From contig DATHCP010000010.1 in the NCBI GenBank assembly GCA_035490535.1, positions 1,088 through 65,087 of the forward strand: a stretch of 64,000 nt of DNA, in the 5' to 3' direction. This DNA comes from Actinomycetota bacterium (GTDB taxonomy: Bacteria > Actinomycetota > UBA4738 > HRBIN12). Shown here piece after piece: positions 30,622 through 39,324 of this stretch. The position numbers were made by a program, and so were the translations under genes. The notes below the pieces were generated by a model. The model was not told where the DNA came from. It was given only the letters and a program-made list of their open reading frames with translations, and made no database searches. Numbering within the stretch: position 1 is the first letter of the stretch; each line of letters begins with the position of its first letter.

Positions 30622-31728
30622 TCAGGCACGGGGTCGGATCTCCACCACCATGTTCGCGTCCGTTGCGGCTGCCCAGACGGTGCCATCCGGCGCGATCGCG
30701 ATGCCGTCCGCGCCGGTCGCGTCGCCGGGGAGCTCGATCCGCTCGATCAGCCCGCCGTTCGGCCGCACGTGGAGGATCTCGCGCCCCGCGGTGGTGACCC
30801 ACAACGAACCGTCCGGGGCGACCGCGAGGTTGTTGATCGGCGACTGGGCCCCCTGGACGGGCATCATGCGCGCAACGCCGGTGGATTGGTCCAGCCGCCC
30901 GATGCCCCGCTCTCGCGAGAACGACACCCACACCTGGCCGTCGCGGCCAACCGCGATGCTCCGCGGGTCGGCCTGATCCTGCGTCGGGATCTCCACGATC
31001 GACGGCTCGGTACCGCCGACGCCGATCCGACCGATCGAACGCGTCCGGGGGTCCGTGAACCAGAGCCGACCGTTCGTTCCCGTCGCGATGTCGTAGGGAG
31101 CGACGCGTTGGTTCGTGCCGTTCGGTGCTGGAACGCTGAACACCGAGGTGTGACCCACGCCGTCGATCCGGAACACCACACCAAGGTTGACATCGGTGAT
31201 CCACATCGAACCGTCGTCTGCTTGGGTCGCCGCCACCGTCCCGGAGGCGTCCACCGCCGACGCGAAGGAGTTCACGGTGCCGTCGGGCAGGATCCGCCCG
31301 ATGTTCCCGTTGGGATATCCGGTGAACCACATCGAGCCGCCCGGGCCGGCGGCGAGCGCGAACGTGCCGGAGTTCGGGAACTTCGCGTCGACCTTGTAGC
31401 TGACCGCTTTGCCTTGGGAGAGGACGGCGACGACACCCTTGTTCTGCTCCGTCACCCAGACCGTTCCGGAGGGTTGCACCGCGACGTCCCGCGGACCCGC
31501 GTAGGCGTCGGGCAGGATCCAACCCGTGGCTCGCCCCCCACCGACCCGCTGCAGAGCGCCCGCTGTGACCGGCACCGCCTGTGGGACGGGGAAGGTCGTC
31601 GACGGCGCGGAGCGATCGTGTGTGGCGAGGAAGGCGATCAACAGGGCCGACCCGACCAGCACCCCCCCAGCCGCGATCCACCCCTCGACCCGACCAGGGC
31701 GGACACGCTGCGACAGGGCTCCGGCCAT
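30622..31728 (-). CDS. Vgb-like (streptogramin-lyase family) 7-bladed beta-propeller, membrane-anchored
   Basis: Repeats G(S/T)xW(F/V)T....IGRI..DG: GSMWFTGYPNGNIGRILPDG, GRLWFTDPRTRSIGRIGVGG, GQVWVSFSRERGIGRLDQ, GSLWVTTAGREILHV; N-terminal TM; start taken as MAGALSQ (31728). Confidence 0.6.
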   Translation of the reverse strand: MAGALSQRVRPGRVEGWIAAGGVLVGSALLIAFLATHDRSAPSTTFPVPQAVPVTAGALQRVGGGRATGWILPDAYAGPRDVAVQPSGTVWVTEQNKGVVAVLSQGKAVSYKVDAKFPNSGTFALAAGPGGSMWFTGYPNGNIGRILPDGTVNSFASAVDASGTVAATQADDGSMWITDVNLGVVFRIDGVGHTSVFSVPAPNGTNQRVAPYDIATGTNGRLWFTDPRTRSIGRIGVGGTEPSIVEIPTQDQADPRSIAVGRDGQVWVSFSRERGIGRLDQSTGVARMMPVQGAQSPINNLAVAPDGSLWVTTAGREILHVRPNGGLIERIELPGDATGADGIAIAPDGTVWAAATDANMVVEIRPRA

Positions 31729-31840
31729 CCGCAGGACGCTAGCAACGAGAAGACGGCGGGACGGGGGCGCGCAGGAGAACGGAGCGTGAACGTCGAGGGC
31801 CCGGCCGGTGCGGCCGGGCCCTCGAACGCTCGAGCCGGGA

Positions 31841-33265
31841 TCAGGTCGCCGCGGCGTCCCGGCAGTAGCTCGCCCCCGTGAACGAGCTGCCGCCGATCGC
31901 ACCCTTCGCGAGCGGCGCGACGCCGTCCGCCTTCAAGGTGTTCACGATCTCGGTGCGGTAGTTCTTGTTCGTCAATGGGTTCATGACCGAGTCCGTCCGG
32001 CACAGGAACCCCTTGTTCGGAGCCAGGTAGTCGAGGGTCGCGACCTCACGTGCGGTCAAGCCGCAGCTGACCGTCCAGGTGTTCTGGCTGTTGAGGTCGA
32101 CCCCGCCAACCGTGGCCCCATCCCGTCCGGTGCACGACCCGGTCGGGAGCGGGTTCGGGAGCAGGAAGTAGTCGTACCGGTACGAACCGAGCGGATACGA
32201 CTTCGGTCCGGAGACCCGAGCCATGGACGCGATCGTCGGCTTGATGCCGTTGACGGACCCGAGGACGCCGGCGCAGAAGCCACCGCCCGCGTGGTTCTGC
32301 ACGAAACGCAGGAACGCGTACGGGTACAGGGCCCGGGACTGGAACGACTTGACGCCGCCCTTCTGGCTGCAGATCGGGCGGGCCTGGTTCTCGACCAAGA
32401 CGTGTTCGCCGTTGGCCGGGTTGCCGTCCTTGTACTTCGCCGGGATGCAGTTCTGGGTCTGGCTCGCATCCGTGTAGCTCGCTGCGTTCGCCGGGTCGAT
32501 CTTCTGAAGGAAGTCCTTCCCGGATCCAGATCCCGCCTGCGTGCCGAAGATCACGATCGTACCCGAGCCGGGTGCCCCGGATTTCGTCCCGATCGAGTTG
32601 CCCTTGCTCTTCGACCAGTCCACCAGGCAATTGCTCCCGACCCCGGTGCCGATGAACGCGCCCTTCAGCCGCGGGAGCGTGGCGTTGGGGGTCGGAACGC
32701 CGGCCTTGGAGTGGGCGACCAGCTTGTTATCGCGGCCCACCCAGTACCCGGCACCGTCGCGACCGTACGCCACACCGTACGCGGTGAAGTTCGCCACCGC
32801 GTAGGTCTGCTTCGACGAGGCACGAGCGAAGTCCGACGAAAGCGCCGTCAGGCCGGACGTGTACTGGCTCAGGACCTTCGTCCCGCTCCCCGAACCGACA
32901 GGGTAGGCCTCGATCGCACGGTCGTGGTACAGGTTGCCCTTCAGGACGATGTTGCCACCATACGGCAGGATCCCGGGGTCACCGGGCGTCGTTCCCGACG
33001 TGTCGTCCGGGTTGAAGCACAGCTCTTGGTAGTTCGAAAACGCGGTGCCGGCCGACGGGATGATCGCGCATCCCACCGCCTCGTTGTAGACCTGGTCCAG
33101 ATCGTTCTGGACCTCGTACAACGTGTCCGATCCAACCCCCGTGATGGTCTGCGAAACGCGGGTCGTGTCGACGTTCGACGCCGCCACCGCGATCCCATTC
33201 GATCCGAACACGAACGCGAGAGCGATACCCACGCCCGTGATCGCACCGAGTACGGATCTGCGCAT
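31841..33265 (-). CDS. secreted PstS-family (PBP-like) paralog, Cys-rich
   Basis: Signal peptide MRRSVLGAITGVGIALAFVFGSNGIAVAA; TITGVGSDTLYEVQNDLDQVY aligns with Pst[22 protein letters not shown]; >12 Cys. Confidence 0.5.
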   Translation of the reverse strand: MRRSVLGAITGVGIALAFVFGSNGIAVAASNVDTTRVSQTITGVGSDTLYEVQNDLDQVYNEAVGCAIIPSAGTAFSNYQELCFNPDDTSGTTPGDPGILPYGGNIVLKGNLYHDRAIEAYPVGSGSGTKVLSQYTSGLTALSSDFARASSKQTYAVANFTAYGVAYGRDGAGYWVGRDNKLVAHSKAGVPTPNATLPRLKGAFIGTGVGSNCLVDWSKSKGNSIGTKSGAPGSGTIVIFGTQAGSGSGKDFLQKIDPANAASYTDASQTQNCIPAKYKDGNPANGEHVLVENQARPICSQKGGVKSFQSRALYPYAFLRFVQNHAGGGFCAGVLGSVNGIKPTIASMARVSGPKSYPLGSYRYDYFLLPNPLPTGSCTGRDGATVGGVDLNSQNTWTVSCGLTAREVATLDYLAPNKGFLCRTDSVMNPLTNKNYRTEIVNTLKADGVAPLAKGAIGGSSFTGASYCRDAAAT

Positions 33266-33354
33266 ACGCAGGTCCCCCTTTCGAGCGGCCGGACACCCCG
33301 CCCGGCGACCGCCGTGGAGGTTTCCAGTCCTATCCGTCGCCGCGGCGTCGAGCA

Positions 33355-33374
33355 GGGAACGGAAAGGTGAACGG
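33355..33374 (-). promoter_or_regulatory. Pho-box-like direct repeat upstream of the PstS-paralog gene
   Basis: Minus strand reads CCGTTCACC-ttt-CCGTTCCC (12-nt spacing), ~90-110 nt upstream of the start at 33265; same 9-mer as upstream of pstC. Confidence 0.35.
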
Positions 33375-33401
33375 CTCCTGAATCACGGGTAACGAGGCTG
33401 C

Positions 33402-34307
33402 TCAGAGGGTGGCCGGAAGGAGTCGGGCCGTGATACCGAACGTCGCCCAGAGCAACGCGAGCACGAGCGGCGTCGCGAGGAAGACCGCCACGCGTGTCGA
33501 GATGCGTCGGCTGAACCACACGGCACCCAGCGCGACGGCGGCCGCAGCCTCGATGAGCAGGAGGAGCCATCCCGCCTTCGCCGGCTGGCCGGCGAGACCG
33601 GTTTCGTCGCTCGGGATCACTTGCGTCGTCAGGGCCGGACCGGGAGCAGGATCCGAGGTGAGCTCCGCCACCACGACGAGCCGTCCCCGGGCCGTATACG
33701 CGGGCGCGGAGGTGACCAAGGTGAGCTGATCCTTCGCCGACGGCGAGATCGGATCGACCTGACCGGGCATCACGGACCCGATCGAGGTGACCTTGTAGGT
33801 GAACGCTCCCTGGCCCGTGATCACGTGGATCTCGTCGCCCGCGCGCATCACGTCGAGGTTCCGGAACGGGGCTCCGAAGGTGGTCCTGCGGCCCGCGATC
33901 ACGCTGTTGCCCGGCCTGCCCGGCACGGGGCTCTCGCGAAGGTGCCCGGGTCCCTGCGTGAGCGCCGAGGCTGAGGTGCCTTCGACCACGATCTCTTCGA
34001 GGCCGATCTTCGGGATCGAGAGCAGTGCTACGGGCTGCCCAGGCGCCGGCCGCCAATCCGTGGTCGTGGCGGGGCCCTGCTGGGTCAGCGAGCGGAACTC
34101 GGGCAGCAACATCCGCTGGCTCCGTTCCTCGATGATCCTCGACGCTCCGAAGAGGTAGACGAGGAACAGTCCGATCACCACAGCGACCGCGATCAGGCAT
34201 ACACCGGCCACGCGGATCACCCGGCCTCGAGGACGGGCTGCCGCGGTCGCGACCGGCTCCGCCGCGGTGAGATCGAACGTCGTCTCGGGTTCCTGCATCG
34301 TCCTCAC
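33402..34307 (-). CDS. sortase-fold (class E-like) membrane protein with substituted catalytic residues
   Basis: QGPGHL...PGRPGNSVIAGRRTTFGAPF...GDEIHV...FTYKV...LTLVTSAP...RLVVVAEL matches sortase core, but AGHR->AGRR and TLxTC->TLVTS; N- and C-terminal TM segments. Confidence 0.6.
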   Translation of the reverse strand: MRTMQEPETTFDLTAAEPVATAAARPRGRVIRVAGVCLIAVAVVIGLFLVYLFGASRIIEERSQRMLLPEFRSLTQQGPATTTDWRPAPGQPVALLSIPKIGLEEIVVEGTSASALTQGPGHLRESPVPGRPGNSVIAGRRTTFGAPFRNLDVMRAGDEIHVITGQGAFTYKVTSIGSVMPGQVDPISPSAKDQLTLVTSAPAYTARGRLVVVAELTSDPAPGPALTTQVIPSDETGLAGQPAKAGWLLLLIEAAAAVALGAVWFSRRISTRVAVFLATPLVLALLWATFGITARLLPATL

Positions 34308-36247
34308 GATGCCGCCCCTTCGGCCGATCCTTGATCCTTCGGCGCCCGACCGGATCGCCCGCCGATGAAACTGCTCCCCAAGAGCACGACCCCGACGGCC
34401 AACGCCGCCATCGCGCCGAACACGAGCCCCGGGAGGATCAACCGAGACGGCGAGGCGACGAGCGCGACCGGCGCGGCAACCGGGGCGACGTACACGACCT
34501 GCTGCGGAGCGATCGAGCTCGTCGGTGGCGCCACGCTCGGCGGCGGCGGCGCGGCCGGAGGCGGAGCCGGCGGGGCGACGACCGGCGGCGGGGGCGCGAC
34601 GACCGGCGGCGGGGGTGGTGGCGGAGCTGCGGTCGGGTGCGGCGTCGGCTCGGGCGGCGCCTTCATGATCTGGTTCGTCAGGACCTTCGTGCGCTGTCGC
34701 AATGCGGGCGGGAGGGGCACGTACCCGGGGGGGAGCGACGTCTGCCCGGCTCCGGCCGCGAAGGTCAGGAACGAGCGCAGCGCATCGAGCTTCTCGGGCG
34801 TGGGCGGGTTCTTGGTGCGCTCAGCGCCGTGCGGGATCGCGGCGTAGCTCACGGTCGGGATCGGCCAGGCTTTCGGATCCTGGCGTCCGTAGGCCGGTGT
34901 CAGGAGCCCCTGCACGTCGGGCCGCATCACGGCGATCCCGCGCGCGATCGTTCTCGGCGTGGCACGGACCACCTTCCCGTTCGGGTACTTGATCCGGACG
35001 GTCGGAAGCTGGTAACTCGCCGCCCACGACGAATCGACGTAGCCGATCCACCCATACGTCGACGTGGAGACGACGTCTCCGTCGCCCTTCGCGATCACAC
35101 GTGCCTCACCGCGTGCGCCTGTGACGAGATCGATCTGACCGAGCGATGGCAGCAGGTCGGTCGGTCCCGACGCGAACGGGTTGGGCTTCATCCTCCGGCC
35201 ACCGGAGACCCACGCCTTCCGGGCGTTCGCCCACATCCAGCTGGTCATCTGCTGCGTGTCCTCGTTCGCGTCGCCGCGGCCGACCGTGGCGATGAACGTG
35301 GGGAACGCGACCGTGGGGTTGAGCTTCTCGATCTCCTTGTCCAGATACCACTGCGTGACCTGCCCGGTGAAGATCTTCGCGAGGAGGTCCGGCGTGAGCG
35401 TCAAGGTGGTGACCTGGTGACCGCTGGTCTGGTCGAAGACGCGGTAGGCGAACACCAGACCCGACGCGGCGATCGGTGCGTACCCGACGGATCCACCGGC
35501 CGCAGAGAGCGCGGCGGTCTGGGGAGCGTCCATCGGTTGGGGGACCACGGCGAGATCGACGTCCGAGAGCCCACCCTGGATGTAGTCGTCCAACGCCGTC
35601 CCCGCCGGCTGCAGCGTGTAGTCCAGCGATAGGTTCAGTGGCGCCGCGCAGACCTTCACCGACCATGCGAACTCGACGACACGGAACCCCGCCGATCCAC
35701 CTTCGGCCGTCAGCGGCGAGCCGTCCGTCGGACAGGCCAGCGGCGGGGTGGCGAACGAGATGGGGACCTCCGTCATCGTTGCGAGGTTCGATGGAGTCGT
35801 GCCGATGAACAACGAGCATGCGTTCTGGAAGTCGCACGTGATCGTCTTGCCGGCGATCGCATCGAGGTTCGGCTTCACGTTGATCAGACCGATCGCGACC
35901 TGCGCGACGGCGCTCCCCGCCCCGGTCTTGTCGACGAGACCGAGGGTTTGGATGCCCGGGCAGGCGTCGCCGCATGTGCTCGTGAACCCCGGCTGCGCGC
36001 ACTGCGACAACGGATCGGTCGCGCCCCGGACGCACTCCCGAAGGTAGAGGACCGAATCACGGGGAAACCCCCGCCAGCTCACCGTCACGTACTGGCCGTC
36101 CCCGGTGAAGTCCAGGAGACCGGCCCGCGGGGAGATCGAGACGCTGGGATGACCTGCCCCGATCGCCGCGCCGGGGAGCCCCACGAGCACCGCGAGCGTC
36201 AGGCAGATGGGCACGATGACCAAGGCGATCCCGCGACGGGTCCGCAT
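34304..36247 (-). CDS. PstS-family paralog with N-terminal Cys-rich domain, Pro-rich linker and C-terminal membrane anchor
   Basis: Signal/TM N-terminus; LTLTPDLLAKIFTGQVTQW...TVAFPTFIATVGRGDAN aligns with Pst[20 protein letters not shown]...[11 protein letters not shown]; (P)n-VVAPPPP linker; C-terminal TM + RSGRAPK; ATGA coupling to sortase-fold gene. Confidence 0.6.
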   Translation of the reverse strand: MRTRRGIALVIVPICLTLAVLVGLPGAAIGAGHPSVSISPRAGLLDFTGDGQYVTVSWRGFPRDSVLYLRECVRGATDPLSQCAQPGFTSTCGDACPGIQTLGLVDKTGAGSAVAQVAIGLINVKPNLDAIAGKTITCDFQNACSLFIGTTPSNLATMTEVPISFATPPLACPTDGSPLTAEGGSAGFRVVEFAWSVKVCAAPLNLSLDYTLQPAGTALDDYIQGGLSDVDLAVVPQPMDAPQTAALSAAGGSVGYAPIAASGLVFAYRVFDQTSGHQVTTLTLTPDLLAKIFTGQVTQWYLDKEIEKLNPTVAFPTFIATVGRGDANEDTQQMTSWMWANARKAWVSGGRRMKPNPFASGPTDLLPSLGQIDLVTGARGEARVIAKGDGDVVSTSTYGWIGYVDSSWAASYQLPTVRIKYPNGKVVRATPRTIARGIAVMRPDVQGLLTPAYGRQDPKAWPIPTVSYAAIPHGAERTKNPPTPEKLDALRSFLTFAAGAGQTSLPPGYVPLPPALRQRTKVLTNQIMKAPPEPTPHPTAAPPPPPPPVVAPPPPVVAPPAPPPAAPPPPSVAPPTSSIAPQQVVYVAPVAAPVALVASPSRLILPGLVFGAMAALAVGVVLLGSSFIGGRSGRAPKDQGSAEGAAS

Positions 36248-36331
36248 CACGGGTGAAGGGTCCGTTCCGGACGTGGCAACCGTCAACGGTCGAGGGGGCG
36301 GGGCGGCCACTCTTCCCCCACGCGCCCTGGA

Positions 36332-36351
36332 CCGTTCACCGTCCGTTCACC
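36332..36351 (+). promoter_or_regulatory. Pho-box-like direct repeat upstream of pstC
   Basis: CCGTTCACC-gt-CCGTTCACC, two identical 9-mers at 11-nt periodicity, ~50 nt upstream of pstC start; shared divergent intergenic region with the gene starting at 36247. Confidence 0.45.
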
Positions 36352-36397
36352 CAAGCTCCCCACGCTCTGTCGGAGCGCAGCACAGCGCCTCTTTCGG

Positions 36398-37396
36398 ATG
36401 TCGACGACCAAGGAACGAGCTCCGGCCGCCAACGTGCCTCCCACGCCCCGCAAGGTGGTGGTCGTCCGGACGCCCGCCGACCGGATGTTCCGCCGGGCCG
36501 CGGCCTGCGCGGGGGGGCTGACGTTGATCATCCTGGTCTTGATCGGGGGGTTCCTGTTCACGAAAGGCCTGCCGGCGCTGAAAGATCAGGGGCTGAAGTT
36601 CTTCACCACCCAGGTCTGGAACCCGCCGCCTCGCGGGAACGAGTTCGGCGTGGCCGCCCTCCTGTACTGGACCGTGGTTGTCGCGCTGATCGCGCTCGTG
36701 ATCGCGGTTCCGCTGTCGGTCGCCGCGGCGCTGTTCGTGACCGAGTTCGCGCCCAGGCGGCTCCGGCGAGCGCTCACATCGCTGATCGACCTGCTGGCGG
36801 CCGTGCCGTCGCTGATCTACGGCATGTGGGGAGCGGCGTACCTGCGGCCGCGGATGATCGGCATCTCGGAGTGGCTCGGGAGATACCTGGGCTTCCTCCC
36901 GATCTTCAAGCCCACGACGAATGCTCCGATCTACGGCCCCTCCGCCTTCGTGGCCGGCGTGGTCGTGTCCTTGATGGTCGTGCCGATCGTGACGTCGGTG
37001 GTCCGCGAGGTCTTCTCCCAGGTCCCGCCCGGCGAGAAGGAGGGCGCGCTCGCGCTCGGCGGCACCCGTTGGGGCATGATCCGGGCCGTCGTGCTGCCGT
37101 TCGGGCGCAGCGGCATCATCGGCGGCTCGATGCTCGGTCTCGGCCGCGCGCTGGGTGAGACGATCGCGATCCTGCTGATCGTCAGCCCGTTGTTCGCGAT
37201 CCGCGCGAACGTGATCGAGGCTGGCGCGATCCCCGTCGCCCCGCTGATCGCGAACAACTTCGGGGAATCGAGCGGCCTCGCGCTCTCGGCCCTCCTCGCC
37301 GCCGGATTCGTGCTGTTCGTCGTCACGCTCCTGGTCAACCTCGGAGCGGCGACCGTGATCGCGCGCTCGCGCTCGGGCGCCGGGGTCGAGATCTGA
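36398..37396 (+). CDS. pstC: phosphate ABC transporter permease PstC
   Basis: Multi-TM; EAA-type loop ALALGGTRWGMIRAVVLP. Confidence 0.9.
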   Translation: MSTTKERAPAANVPPTPRKVVVVRTPADRMFRRAAACAGGLTLIILVLIGGFLFTKGLPALKDQGLKFFTTQVWNPPPRGNEFGVAALLYWTVVVALIALVIAVPLSVAAALFVTEFAPRRLRRALTSLIDLLAAVPSLIYGMWGAAYLRPRMIGISEWLGRYLGFLPIFKPTTNAPIYGPSAFVAGVVVSLMVVPIVTSVVREVFSQVPPGEKEGALALGGTRWGMIRAVVLPFGRSGIIGGSMLGLGRALGETIAILLIVSPLFAIRANVIEAGAIPVAPLIANNFGESSGLALSALLAAGFVLFVVTLLVNLGAATVIARSRSGAGVEI

Positions 37397-38475
37397 TGGG
37401 CGCGCCGCCGGCACCCACGCTCGCGGTGGTCGCGCACGACGCGATCCCCGTCCGGCGCCGACCCACGAGCTTCCACCGGCGGGACGCGGCGATGGTCGTC
37501 GGCTGCGCCGTCTCGTCGCTGGCGCTGACCTGGCTGCTGTACTCACAGATCCTCCCGCTGAGCGGCCTCCCCGGCTTCCTGATGCTCTGGGCGGCGCTCA
37601 ACTTCTTGATGTACTTCACGGCCGTGGCCGCCACGGAGGGCCGGCCCGCCGCTCGAGACCGGACGATGGCCTCGGTCATCACGGTGGCCGCGATCGCGAT
37701 CATCGTGCCGCTCGCCCTGATCCTCGGGTACGTGACGCTCAAAGGCCTGCGGTTCCTGCGTCTGTCCTTCTTCACGACCACGATGGCAAGCGTCGGCCCT
37801 GAGTCGCCCGCCACGGAAACCGGCGGGCTGCAGGCGATCGTCGGAACGCTCGAGCAGGTGGGGATCGCGATGCTGATCAGCGTGCCGCTCGGCGTGCTGA
37901 CGGCCGTCTACCTCAACGAGGTGAAGGGCCGTCTCGCGCGCCCGACACGGGTGTTCGTCGACGCGATGAGCGGCGTGCCGTCGATCGTCGCCGGCCTGTT
38001 CATCTACACGGTCCTGGTCGCGAACGGCGCCGGCTTCTCGGGGTTCGCGGCTGCGCTGGCCCTGTCGATCCTGATGCTCCCGACCGTCACGCGCACGTGC
38101 GAGGTGGTCTTGCGGCTCGTGCCCGGCGGTCTCCGCGAGGCGTCGTTCGCGATGGGGGCACCTGAGTGGCGGACGACCTGGGGGGTGATCCTGCCGACCG
38201 CGAGGATCGGGATCGTCACGGCGACGATCCTCGGCGTGGCGCGAGTGATCGGCGAGACGGCCCCGTTGATCATGACTGCGTTCGGCAGCGCGACGCTGAA
38301 CTTCAACCCCTTCTCGGGCGCCCAGTCGGCGCTGTCGCTGTCCTCGTTCCAGCTGTTCGGTTCGTCCCAGACCGCGGATGTGGATCGGGCCTGGGTGTTC
38401 GCGTTCGTCCTGCTCGCGCTGGTCCTGATCCTGTTCGTGCTGGCGCGGCTGCAGGGCGACCGGCGGCGGCGGTAG
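37396..38475 (+). CDS. pstA: phosphate ABC transporter permease PstA
   Basis: ASFAMGAPEWRTTWGVILPTA EAA loop; ATGA overlap with pstC. Confidence 0.9.
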   Translation: MGAPPAPTLAVVAHDAIPVRRRPTSFHRRDAAMVVGCAVSSLALTWLLYSQILPLSGLPGFLMLWAALNFLMYFTAVAATEGRPAARDRTMASVITVAAIAIIVPLALILGYVTLKGLRFLRLSFFTTTMASVGPESPATETGGLQAIVGTLEQVGIAMLISVPLGVLTAVYLNEVKGRLARPTRVFVDAMSGVPSIVAGLFIYTVLVANGAGFSGFAAALALSILMLPTVTRTCEVVLRLVPGGLREASFAMGAPEWRTTWGVILPTARIGIVTATILGVARVIGETAPLIMTAFGSATLNFNPFSGAQSALSLSSFQLFGSSQTADVDRAWVFAFVLLALVLILFVLARLQGDRRRR

Positions 38476-38505
38476 ATCGGAACCACGACGGAGGAAGCGT
38501 TCGCC

Positions 38506-39324
38506 ATGGCCCAGATCCAGAACCTGATCGATGCGACGCTCGGCGACGGGTCGGCGCCCGCGTCCCTCGTCGCGCAGGATGTCCACGCATGGTTCGGCGA
38601 CCACCACGTCCTGGGGGGCATCTCGCTGAGCATGTCGCCACGTGCGATCACCGCCCTGATCGGTCCCTCCGGCTGCGGCAAGTCGACCTTCCTACGGATC
38701 CTGAACCGGATGCACGAGCTGGTCCCCGGCGCTTCCCTGGCCGGCTCGATCGAGCTGAACGGACAGGACATCTACGGTGCGGAGGTGCGGGCAACGGACG
38801 TGCGTCGCAGGATCGGCATGGTCTTCCAGAAGCCCAATCCCTTCCCGGCGATGACGATCTCCGGCAACGTCCTGTCCGGCCTGAAGCTGTGCGGGATCAA
38901 GGCGAAGGACCCCGATGCGGTCGTCGAGGAGAGCTTGCACCGAGCCGGTTTGTGGAACGAGGTCAAGGATCGGCTCGACCGCCCCGGCGGCACGCTATCC
39001 GGCGGGCAACAACAGCGCCTCTGCATCGCCCGCTCGCTCGCGGTCGAGCCGCAGGTGCTCCTGATGGACGAGCCGTGCTCCGCGCTTGACCCCACGTCGA
39101 CGCGGCGGATCGAGGAGACGATGCGCCACCTCGCCACCTCGATCACGATCGTGATCGTCACGCACAACATGCAACAGGCACAGCGCATCTCGGACAGATG
39201 CGCCTTCTTCAACGTGGAGGAGGGGCAGCCGGGCGGCATCGTGGAGTCCGACACGACCGAACGGATCTTCAACGACCCGAGCGATCCGCGAACCGCGGAT
39301 TACGTGCACGGGCGGTTCGGATGA
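38506..39324 (+). CDS. pstB: phosphate import ATP-binding protein PstB
   Basis: GPSGCGKST Walker [17 protein letters not shown] signature, [11 protein letters not shown]. Confidence 0.93.
   Translation: MAQIQNLIDATLGDGSAPASLVAQDVHAWFGDHHVLGGISLSMSPRAITALIGPSGCGKSTFLRILNRMHELVPGASLAGSIELNGQDIYGAEVRATDVRRRIGMVFQKPNPFPAMTISGNVLSGLKLCGIKAKDPDAVVEESLHRAGLWNEVKDRLDRPGGTLSGGQQQRLCIARSLAVEPQVLLMDEPCSALDPTSTRRIEETMRHLATSITIVIVTHNMQQAQRISDRCAFFNVEEGQPGGIVESDTTERIFNDPSDPRTADYVHGRFG

Noticed and set aside
30509-30976. 155-aa + ORF starting right after the mini-ORF stop (TGAATG)
   Set aside because: It runs antisense through the Vgb-like gene and has an Arg/Ser/Pro-rich translation. It was considered as a mini-ORF-coupled gene but no support was found.
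34500-34640. Tandem DNA repeats (gcgacgaccggcggcggggg x2) and Gly/Ser codon repeats in pstS (40540..40690) considered as possible CRISPR or VNTR
   Set aside because: They are in frame inside coding regions and encode poly-Pro and poly-Gly/Ser linkers. There are no repeat-spacer units and no cas genes.
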